DNA from: an uncultured Clostridia bacterium
GTDB taxonomy: Bacteria; Bacillota; Clostridia; Christensenellales; CAG-138
Reading direction: 5' to 3'
NCBI GenBank assembly: GCA_947168565.1
Contig: CAMVMM010000001.1
Location: 3,939-67,938, forward strand
Length of the DNA stretch: 64,000 bases
Below, piece after piece: positions 56,470 through 64,000 of the stretch. The position numbers were made by a program, and so were the translations under genes. How positions within the stretch are numbered: position 1 is the first letter of the stretch; every line of letters begins with the position of its first letter. Below the pieces are notes generated by a model that did no database searches, was not told the origin of the DNA, and saw only the letters and a list, made by a program, of their open reading frames with translations.

Positions 56470-57726
56470 ATGAGCGGTTTTGATCTTGGCGAGCGAATGG
56501 GCAGAAGCATACTGCACGTGGATATTAATAATTTTTACGCAAGCGTGGAGATAAGGGACGATCCCTCGCTCGCCCCATACCCCGTTGCCGTGTGCGGCGA
56601 TAGGGAGGCAAGGCACGGGATAATCCTTGCAAAAAACTATCATGCGAAGGCGTATGGGGTCAGGACGGCGGAGCCCATCGGTGAGGCGCTGATAAAATGC
56701 CCCCAGCTTGTGCTGGTCCCCTGCCATTTTGAAAAATATGAGCAGATCACGATAGAAAGCCGCGCTCTTTTGAGCACCTACGGCGACCGCGTGGAGCCCT
56801 TTGGAATGGATGAGGCGTGGCTGGATATAAGCGCTTATGCAAAAACAGCGGGAGCCGCCATGGAGATCGCGGACGAGATACGCGTGAAATACAAAAAGCA
56901 TTTCGGGCTCACCGCCTCGGTTGGGGTCAGCTTCAACAAATGCTTTGCAAAGCTCGGCTCCGATCTGAAAAAGCCGGACGCCACAAGCGTTATCACGCCG
57001 CAGAATTTCAAAGCCGTTGTTTGGCCGCTTCCGGTGGAGGATCTGCTTTTCGTTGGCCCAAAAACAAAGGCGAGGCTGAACGCGAGGGGTATATACACCA
57101 TAGGCGATTTTGCTCATGCGGATGAAGCCCGGGTGCGCTGCTGGCTTGGAAAAACGGGGGTGGAGCTCATGCATAGCGCAAACGGGCTGGAGCACTCCGC
57201 CGTGGCAAAAATCGGCGCCGCGCCGCCCATGAAAAGCATTGGAAACAGCTTCACCCCGCCAAGGGACGTGAAAACAAACGAGGAGGCGCTTGCACTGCTT
57301 CAATCGCTCGGCGAATCGGTTGCCTGCCGTATGCGAAAGCACGGAGTGCTGGGCACCACGGTGGTACTGAGCGTGCGCGATACCTCGCTCGTGACCTTTG
57401 AGCGCCAGGCCGCGCTTGAATACGCAAGCTGCATCTCAAGGGAGCTTCGGGATAAGGCATTTCAGCTTTTAAAGCAGAGCTATAACTGGGCAAAGCCCAT
57501 CCGCAGCCTCGGCCTCCGCTGCACGGGGCTTATTCCGGATATGATGCCCTATCAAACCTGCCTTTTTGAAAACGCGCCGATGCGGGATAAGCATCTTACG
57601 GTTGAAAAGGCGGTGGATTCCATCCGCAGGCGCTACGGCAAAACGAGCATCCTTCAGGGGCGCGTGTTTTCACAGCAGAGCTTTGAGGGGGCGCTGCATA
57701 CGGACGGAATACTTGCTTTCAAATAG
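56470..57726 (+). CDS. dinB: DNA polymerase IV (Y-family translesion polymerase)
   Basis: Motifs ILHVDINNFYASVE, MDEAWLDIS and SVGVSFNKCFAKLGSDLKKPD. The ATG lies 8 nt after GGAGG. Confidence 0.92.
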   Translation: MSGFDLGERMGRSILHVDINNFYASVEIRDDPSLAPYPVAVCGDREARHGIILAKNYHAKAYGVRTAEPIGEALIKCPQLVLVPCHFEKYEQITIESRALLSTYGDRVEPFGMDEAWLDISAYAKTAGAAMEIADEIRVKYKKHFGLTASVGVSFNKCFAKLGSDLKKPDATSVITPQNFKAVVWPLPVEDLLFVGPKTKARLNARGIYTIGDFAHADEARVRCWLGKTGVELMHSANGLEHSAVAKIGAAPPMKSIGNSFTPPRDVKTNEEALALLQSLGESVACRMRKHGVLGTTVVLSVRDTSLVTFERQAALEYASCISRELRDKAFQLLKQSYNWAKPIRSLGLRCTGLIPDMMPYQTCLFENAPMRDKHLTVEKAVDSIRRRYGKTSILQGRVFSQQSFEGALHTDGILAFK

Positions 57727-57740
57727 ACGGCGGCAGCGCT

Positions 57741-58262
57741 CTATTCGTCACGATTGGCTTTATTATCAGCGCATGAGCATTTGCCCTGCGAGTCATCACA
57801 GGCGCGCCTTTCCTCAAAAAAGCGGCTCAAAAGCGCGGCGCACTCCTCCTCCAGCATGCCGCCAACGAACGGAACGGCAGGCTCGGCGGCTTTAGCAAGC
57901 TCGCATCTTGAAACCGTGCAGCCCGCCGCGGGATCGAACGCGCCGAAGCACAGCGCGCCTATCCGGAAATTGATTATAGCGCCCATGCACATGGCGCAGG
58001 GCTCAAGCGTTGCGTAGATCTCGCAGTCCGTCAGCCGCCGCTTTCCAAGCCTTTTCGCCGCCGCCCTGAGAGCAAGAAGCTCCGCGTGCGCGGAAGAATC
58101 GCAAAGCGTTTCAACGAGATTATGCGCCGAAGCCACGATCTCGCCGTTTTGCACCACCACAGCGCCCACCGGCACCTCTCCGAGCGCGAATGCCCGCTCC
58201 GCCTCGGCAAGGGCAAGGCGCATAAACCTTTTTTCAAGCGTTATTCTGTCCTTCATAAGCAT
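57741..58262 (-). CDS. tadA: tRNA-specific adenosine deaminase TadA
   Basis: CDA zinc motifs HAELLALR and LEPCAMCMGAI. 173 aa. Confidence 0.9.
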   Translation of the reverse strand: MLMKDRITLEKRFMRLALAEAERAFALGEVPVGAVVVQNGEIVASAHNLVETLCDSSAHAELLALRAAAKRLGKRRLTDCEIYATLEPCAMCMGAIINFRIGALCFGAFDPAAGCTVSRCELAKAAEPAVPFVGGMLEEECAALLSRFFEERRACDDSQGKCSCADNKANRDE

Positions 58263-58395
58263 GATTCTACCATAACGGCGCGCTCATATCAATAAACCGA
58301 TCAAAAAAGAGCAGCCGGCAACAGCAAGAGCCGCCCCCCATCGGGAAGCGGCTCCATTTTTAAGCATGGTAAATTCAAATCAGCCTAAAGGCGGA

Positions 58396-61300
58396 TCAGA
58401 ACTCCTCGATAAGCCCCGTGGCATAGCGCAGAATAAGCACCGCGTCGCTCATGGTAACGCTGCCGTCGAAATTCACGTCGCCCATAGCAAGGCCCTCGCC
58501 GGTGAGGGTTCCAAGGCCGAGACCGTGGCGCATTGCGAGCATCGCGTCCGCCACCTGCACGGTGCCGTTGAGGTCGCAGTCGCCAAGCAGATGCTGCGGC
58601 TGGCTGATGGGAGTCAGGCGAACGTCGTCCAGCCACGCGGTGTCGTCGTTGCTGTTTACGGAAACGTCCTTATCGTAGCTCCACTTGAAGGTGTAGGTGC
58701 CGGTGGAGGGCACGGTGTACTCAAAGTTTGTCCAGCCGACGCTGCCGTGGATATTGGAAACCTCGGTGTTGTTTGCAAAGAACTTGAGCTTATCGTAATT
58801 GCCCTCGCTGCTTACGGACCAGGTGAAGAGGAGCTTGTCGCCCGCTTCAAGCGCCATGGCCTCGGTGGTGATTACCGAGCTTGAGCTTGCAACGCCCTGA
58901 TTGGTGCTCTTGACGCAGGCTCTGCCGTCCTTAAACTCAACCACCCAGGGATAGGTGCCGCTGGTGTTGAAGCCGATATTGCTGCCGGAAGCGTTTGCGG
59001 CTTCGCTGACGGTGGGATAATCCCTTACGACGATGGTGGCGGTGGCGGTGAACACCTGATTGGTATTCTTATCGGTCGCCCTTGCGGTCACGGTGGTGGT
59101 GCCCTCGCTTACGCCGGTGACGGTGGCGCGCAGAAGGCCGCCGGAAACGGTGGCGATGTTCGTGTTTGCGCTGGTCCAGACCACCTCGAAATTATTGGCG
59201 CTGGCAGGCTCGCGCACTATGCCGAGATCGCCGGTGTAGCCCTCGTAAATCTCAAGATCGGCGGTGCTGAGGCTGATGCCCTGAAGGTCCACGGGCTCAA
59301 GGGAGCCGCCCTCGCCCTCGGTCACGGTGACTGTAACGCTGTTGCCCGCATAGTCGCCAAGCTTGACGTAAACGGTCTGGCGGCTGCCGACGTTGAAATC
59401 AAGCATGCTCAGAGCGCCGCGCTGATGCTCCTCAACGATCGCGGATTCGATAAGCTGCGTGCAGGATGCGTTTGCATAAACGCCCACGAAAGCGAGATAG
59501 TGATTGTCGGAAGCGTACACAACGAGCCGGCCGTTCTGCATATTCCAGTACTCAAGCTGCGGAGCGTCAAGGTCGATGGTCACGGGAACCTCCCACGAAG
59601 CGTTTTCATTGGCCTGAACGTCGAACTCGTCCCAGCTCTGCATAAAGCCGGTCATGCGCAGGATAACGCTTGTGCCGTTGGGAAGGCCGCCGCCGTTCCA
59701 CGGATCGATAAGGGTGTCCTCCATCACGCCGACGGGCTCATAGCTGGAGAACCAGCTGTTTTCAACGCCCTTTGTCATGAACGGAATATCCTTAACGTAA
59801 TACTGCTCCCCGCTGCCCGCGTCCACTATTTCATAGCGGAAGGTTTCCACATTGCGCAGAAGATGCGTGCGCACGTCGTCGATCGCGTCAAGAACGCCGT
59901 CGTTATTCGGGCTGATGGAGGCGCGGTCGAAATAGAAATCGGTGGTTTCGCCGAAGGGGTTCACGCCGAGAAGCCTGCTTCCCGCCTTTGCGTAGTTCAC
60001 GCCCCATTCGGCGGGAAGGGTGTTGGTGTGGAGATACTGATCGTAGTAATACTCACGATCGAATACCGCCGCCTTCTCCCAATCGCCGTAGAAGCCGAGG
60101 AACGGTATGGAAAGATCGACCTCGCCGTCGAGCACCACGAAGCCCTCGATGTATGCGCCGTTCGGGAAGCGCTCGTTCAGATAGGAAGCGTAAGGGGTCA
60201 CGTTTACGGTCACGTTTACGGTGGTTCTGCCATGCGCGGGAACGGTGACGCTGTTCGGCTTGGTGACGGTTACGTTATTGGTGATGTTGAGCGCGGAGCC
60301 CTTCATGGTGTAAAGCTGCCTGCCGCCGATGGATCTTGACTCGGTATCCTCGGTGAGCACGTAGTGATTTACGGTGTAGGTGAGGGGGGTGTTTCCGAAG
60401 TTCACAACGTCGAAGGAGAGATTGAAGATGCCGGTGCGCTCGTCGTCATCGCCAAGCTCAAGCTTGGGACGGACCTGACCGGAAACCTCAAGATACGCCT
60501 TTGTGGTAACAGCTGCGGTGAGGTTCGCCTGACCCGCGCCCTGAGCGCGCACGGTGAACGGGGTGCCGCCGGATTTGGAGGGCACTGCGGTGCTGAGCAG
60601 GAGCGTGTTTACCATATCCTTTTTCTGAGCTTCGTTCAGATTTGGGAAATTTGCATTCACGTACTGGTTCACAAGCACCATTGCGCCCGCGATATGCGGA
60701 GTTGCCATGCTGGTGCCGCTCTTGGTGCCGTAATTGCCGCCGGAGAACGAAGAATCGGTGGCGGCGTTTATGTTGTCGCCGGGAGCCATGATCTCGGGCT
60801 TGATGCGAAGGTCGGAGGTCGTGCCCCTGCTGCTGAAGCCGGTGACGCCCGCCGCTGCGGAATCGGTGCTTGCCGCAACGCTGAGCGAGCCGGGATGGGT
60901 GCCGGGAATTGAGGTAACGCCGTTATCTATGTTGAGGGTGGGCGTGTAGCTGCCGTAGAGGTTGCCGGAGCCCGCCGTGCCGCTGTTTCCTGAGGCAACG
61001 GCGCAGTTCACACCGTGCTGCGAAAGCAGTGCGTATACGTTGTCCATGTCCTCGTCGCCCTCGGTGAAGCCGCAGTCGGCGCCGAGGCTCATGTTGAGCG
61101 CGTCAACCTCAAGATAGGCGCAGTCCTCAAGCGCCGCAAGGATCGTGCTCCACTCCGCGCCGCCGCGCCGGAAAACCTGCATGGACACGATCTGCGCGTT
61201 ATAGGCAACGCCGCGAGCGGTGTTGTCGTTTCCGGCGCAGATGGAGCTGACGTGCGTGCCGTGGTCGCTGTTCGCGTCGGTGTGGCTCACGTCCAGATTG

Positions 61301-62049
61301 CCGGAATTATAGTTGAAGGTGTAGGGGATCTTCGCGCTGTAATAGAGCTGAGCGCCGGTAAGGGTGCCGGTGAAGCTCTCCTCCGCGCAAAGGTCATACT
61401 GATCGAGCACCGCCTGGATGCCCGCCGCATCGAAATGCGGGGATTCGGGAGCGGCGGCGAAGTTCTGATGGTTCTTTTTGATGCCCGTGTCGATAACGGC
61501 GATGGTCTGACCCTGGCCGGTGTAGCCAAGCGCCCACATATCGTCCGCGTTGATCCAGCCCACGGAGGTGGAAAGCCTGGAGGGATCGCCCTCCGCTTTT
61601 ATTTCCTCCGGAAGCTCGAACACGTTGCTGCGATAGCAGGCGGCAACGCCGTCGATGGACCTAATCTCGTCGATAAGGCGGTATTCCCCGTGGAAGGAGA
61701 AGCCGTTGAAGAGCATGGTGTAATGATAATCCACCTTGAAGGCTCCGTCCTTCATCAGCTTGGAGGCGATGACGGAGATCACCTTGTTTTGCTTTTCGAT
61801 AAGCTCACGGCTTGCTGCGGCGGACTTTGCGTCGCGCACGCCCATGCGCTCAAGCACGGGACGATCGGCAAGCTTAACGATGATGGGAACTATCTCATTG
61901 GGATCGGTCGATTTGGGACTTTGAAGCTCTCGGGCTTCGGGCTTTTCTTCCGAAACGGCTTCGCTCGTGCCTGCCTTGAATGCAAGCACGGAAAACGACA
62001 TTGCCGCGATGAGAAGAAGCGCAAGAATTCGTTTAAGGGTGTTGTTCAT
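58396..62049 (-). CDS. Secreted subtilisin-like (S8) serine peptidase with Ig-like (Big_2), beta-sandwich and C-terminal dockerin domains
   Basis: The ATG at 62049 lies 5 nt after GGAGG, and a signal peptide follows. The catalytic triad contexts are AVIDTGI, HGTHVSS and GTSMATPHIAG. A Big_2-like segment (VWTSANTNIATVS...GTTTVTARA) is present. The dockerin segments are GDCDLNGTVQVADAMLAMR and GDVNFDGSVTMSDAVLILR. Confidence 0.9.
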   Translation of the reverse strand: MNNTLKRILALLLIAAMSFSVLAFKAGTSEAVSEEKPEARELQSPKSTDPNEIVPIIVKLADRPVLERMGVRDAKSAAASRELIEKQNKVISVIASKLMKDGAFKVDYHYTMLFNGFSFHGEYRLIDEIRSIDGVAACYRSNVFELPEEIKAEGDPSRLSTSVGWINADDMWALGYTGQGQTIAVIDTGIKKNHQNFAAAPESPHFDAAGIQAVLDQYDLCAEESFTGTLTGAQLYYSAKIPYTFNYNSGNLDVSHTDANSDHGTHVSSICAGNDNTARGVAYNAQIVSMQVFRRGGAEWSTILAALEDCAYLEVDALNMSLGADCGFTEGDEDMDNVYALLSQHGVNCAVASGNSGTAGSGNLYGSYTPTLNIDNGVTSIPGTHPGSLSVAASTDSAAAGVTGFSSRGTTSDLRIKPEIMAPGDNINAATDSSFSGGNYGTKSGTSMATPHIAGAMVLVNQYVNANFPNLNEAQKKDMVNTLLLSTAVPSKSGGTPFTVRAQGAGQANLTAAVTTKAYLEVSGQVRPKLELGDDDERTGIFNLSFDVVNFGNTPLTYTVNHYVLTEDTESRSIGGRQLYTMKGSALNITNNVTVTKPNSVTVPAHGRTTVNVTVNVTPYASYLNERFPNGAYIEGFVVLDGEVDLSIPFLGFYGDWEKAAVFDREYYYDQYLHTNTLPAEWGVNYAKAGSRLLGVNPFGETTDFYFDRASISPNNDGVLDAIDDVRTHLLRNVETFRYEIVDAGSGEQYYVKDIPFMTKGVENSWFSSYEPVGVMEDTLIDPWNGGGLPNGTSVILRMTGFMQSWDEFDVQANENASWEVPVTIDLDAPQLEYWNMQNGRLVVYASDNHYLAFVGVYANASCTQLIESAIVEEHQRGALSMLDFNVGSRQTVYVKLGDYAGNSVTVTVTEGEGGSLEPVDLQGISLSTADLEIYEGYTGDLGIVREPASANNFEVVWTSANTNIATVSGGLLRATVTGVSEGTTTVTARATDKNTNQVFTATATIVVRDYPTVSEAANASGSNIGFNTSGTYPWVVEFKDGRACVKSTNQGVASSSSVITTEAMALEAGDKLLFTWSVSSEGNYDKLKFFANNTEVSNIHGSVGWTNFEYTVPSTGTYTFKWSYDKDVSVNSNDDTAWLDDVRLTPISQPQHLLGDCDLNGTVQVADAMLAMRHGLGLGTLTGEGLAMGDVNFDGSVTMSDAVLILRYATGLIEEF

Positions 62050-62216
62050 GTTTTCCTCCGTTTTTTTATTATCTCCATCCGCAAGCGGATCGAAACCATG
62101 TATTAGCGGCATATTTGATATGCTTCTAAATCCTTTTTCAAGATTATATCATATTTTCGATCACATTACAACAAGCTAAGCATAACTGATCGTGTATATA
62201 AAATTTGGGAGGCAGT

Positions 62217-63683
62217 ATGAACATGAACGACAGAACCGACGGAACGGATTTTTTCTCGCGGGCAAGGGGCTCGATCGCATTCAGAATTGCGGCGGCGCTT
62301 CTGCTTATCGCAGTGTGCGCGATACTGTTTTTTTCGTGCAGGGATGATTCGGCAGCGGATAGATCGCCCGGCTTTTCCCCGCAGCCTGCGGCAAGCCCGA
62401 CCGAGAGCGGGAGCAGCGCCGAAGCGGGGCTGTTTGGGAAAAAAGCCTTTGCGGACGGCACATATATAGGCGGCATTGATGTGAGCGGAATGACGGCGGA
62501 CGAGGCGCGGAGCGTGCTTGATGAAAAAGCCGAGCTTATGAAAGGCGAATACTCCTTTCGCTTCACGCATGAAAAAGGCGGCTATCTGCTCGACCGTTTC
62601 GATCTGAACCTTAAAGCAAACACTGCGGAGATCATCGAGCTTGCTATGAAAAACGGCGGCGGCGAATATGAGCTTGAGCTGAAGCCGCTGAATGACAGCA
62701 GGCTGAGGGCCGCAATAGCGGGTATAGCCGAAAAGGTGAACAGAGCGCCCGTTGAGCCGGAGCTGATGAGCGCTGCGGCGGCGCGGGAAACGGGTCTTGA
62801 TGAGCTTGAGCGAAACGCAAGATTTGTTGTTACCGCGCCCGTGGACGGTTTTTCCGTGGACGAAGCGCGCGCAGCGGAGCTTGTGTTAGAAGGGAAAACT
62901 GAAGCTGCACTTCCGGTAAAAAGCATTCCGGCGGAGGGAAAAGCTCCCTCGCTGCCAGTCAGAAGGGCGTTTTTCTCCACCTCGTTCAACAGCTATTCGC
63001 TCTCCCTGCCCGGGCGGGTACACAATATAAAAAAAGCGGCGGCGCTGATAAACGGCCGTGCGCTTGAAAGCGGCGAGGAGCTTTCATGCAACGCCGCATT
63101 GGGCGAGCGCACGAAGGAAAACGGCTGGCAGACGGCAACGGCTTTTGCAAGCGGAGGCAGGGAAACCGAGCAGCAGTACGGCGGCGGCATCTGCCAGGTG
63201 AGCACAACGCTTTACAACTGCGCGCTTATGGCGGGTCTTGAGGTGCCGGAGCGCATAGGGCATTCAAGAAAGGTGGCGTATATCGACGGCGGCAGGGACG
63301 CTTCTTTGAGCTGGGGCAGCGCCGATCTTGTGATAAAAAACAGCACGGATGAAAGGATCTATATCTTTATGTGGACGGATGACGAAAAAAACTGCCTAAT
63401 GTGCGAGATATACGGCGAGGCTTTTCCCGCTGAGTATGATAAAATCGAAATAATCACGGAGCTTGTGGAGGTAAATGAGCCGACCGAGCCGGAATTCACC
63501 GCCGACCCCACGCTCAAGGAGGGCGAATGCGTTCGGATAAGAAACGCAATACGCGGAAGGGTGTATCAAACGTATTTGGAATATAAAAAGAACGGAGACA
63601 TCGTGAACAGAAAAAAGGAGGCTGTAACGGCCTATCCCATGATACCCGCGCTGTACGCGACGGCGGGCGATAAGCGGGGGTGA
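62217..63683 (+). CDS. VanW family protein (membrane-anchored)
   Basis: It has an N-terminal TM helix and the VanW core (YGGGICQVSTTLYNCALMAGL). The start is ATG 62217 or 62223, after GGGAGG. Confidence 0.8.
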   Translation: MNMNDRTDGTDFFSRARGSIAFRIAAALLLIAVCAILFFSCRDDSAADRSPGFSPQPAASPTESGSSAEAGLFGKKAFADGTYIGGIDVSGMTADEARSVLDEKAELMKGEYSFRFTHEKGGYLLDRFDLNLKANTAEIIELAMKNGGGEYELELKPLNDSRLRAAIAGIAEKVNRAPVEPELMSAAAARETGLDELERNARFVVTAPVDGFSVDEARAAELVLEGKTEAALPVKSIPAEGKAPSLPVRRAFFSTSFNSYSLSLPGRVHNIKKAAALINGRALESGEELSCNAALGERTKENGWQTATAFASGGRETEQQYGGGICQVSTTLYNCALMAGLEVPERIGHSRKVAYIDGGRDASLSWGSADLVIKNSTDERIYIFMWTDDEKNCLMCEIYGEAFPAEYDKIEIITELVEVNEPTEPEFTADPTLKEGECVRIRNAIRGRVYQTYLEYKKNGDIVNRKKEAVTAYPMIPALYATAGDKRG

Positions 63684-63812
63684 GCCGAATATATGCGAAA
63701 GCCGAAAAAATCCGCTTCGCCGTATTGCCTTTTTAGCGCTTGTAAACTATAATAAACGGATAAAAGGCGGGAAAGCGCCGTTTTTCCGCCGCCTATCAAG
63801 GAGATGCACCGA

Positions 63813-64000
63813 ATGCCAGCTGAAAATGCCAAGCCCGCGGATCGCGGCAGCGGCAAACCGAATCTGACTCCCGCAAGCGCAAACACACCTCTTCCGATGA
63901 CGCCGGATGAGCTTTTTTCCCAATGCGGAAAGCGCACGCCGGATTTTGTGATAGTGACCGGGGACGCATATATAGACCATCCCTCCTTCGGCACGGCAAT
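63813..64000 (+). CDS. YgiQ family radical SAM protein, N-terminal fragment (continues beyond the window)
   Basis: My own translation from ATG 63813 (9 nt after AAGGAG) ends in PDFVIVTGDAYIDHPSFGTA. That is the conserved YgiQ/UPF0313 N-terminal motif. This ORF is not in the supplied track. Confidence 0.7.
   Translation, partial: MPAENAKPADRGSGKPNLTPASANTPLPMTPDELFSQCGKRTPDFVIVTGDAYIDHPSFGTA

Overview
This is a chromosomal window from a fairly GC-rich Firmicute of the class Clostridia. The class call is an inference from gene content: the Firmicute ylxM-ffh-rpsP-KH-rimM-trmD-rplS-rbgA-rnhB and plsX-acpP-rnc-smc-ftsY syntenies, a long Bacillus-type SRP RNA, sporulation gene ylbJ, and two dockerin-bearing secreted proteins. 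About 80% of the window is ordinary housekeeping: pcrA-ligA, a ribosomal/SRP operon, gap, ackA, nfnAB, SMC, dinB and tadA.

RNA genes I can read directly are tRNA-Ala(GGC), tRNA-Gln(CUG), tRNA-Val(GAC) and the SRP RNA (ffs), which has a textbook TTGAAA-17-TATAAT promoter.

Five regions are worth a second look:
1. 17.6-29.1 kb is a surface-glycan locus. rfbA/rfbB, a DegT aminotransferase, a Wzx flippase, an AT3 acyltransferase and an ArnC/GtrB-like GT2 follow the same strand as a free-standing adenylation-thiolation-condensation (NRPS-like) protein and a D-2-hydroxyacid dehydrogenase. No conventional sugar N-acyltransferase is present. My best candidate for an undescribed system is carrier-protein-dependent N-(hydroxy)acylation of a dTDP-amino-dideoxyhexose.
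2. 52.8-53.7 kb is a tRNA-associated repeat patch. It holds a 161-bp long palindrome with perfect 16-bp termini, a duplicated tRNA-Gln 3' end plus terminator, and a 200-nt structured spacer between two tRNAs that looks 6S-RNA-like.
3. A ~36-nt intergenic motif recurs at three sites, at about 13.0, 18.7 and 53.5 kb.
4. An A+T-rich P-loop kinase gene, preceded by an internal terminator, sits inside the ribosomal operon.
5. An XRE-S24 repressor and a Y-family polymerase are divergently arranged, with reiterated GAGAAT operator-like half-sites between them.

I found no CRISPR array, transposase, integrase or recognisable prophage. All functional calls come from motif recognition by eye. No database search was run.
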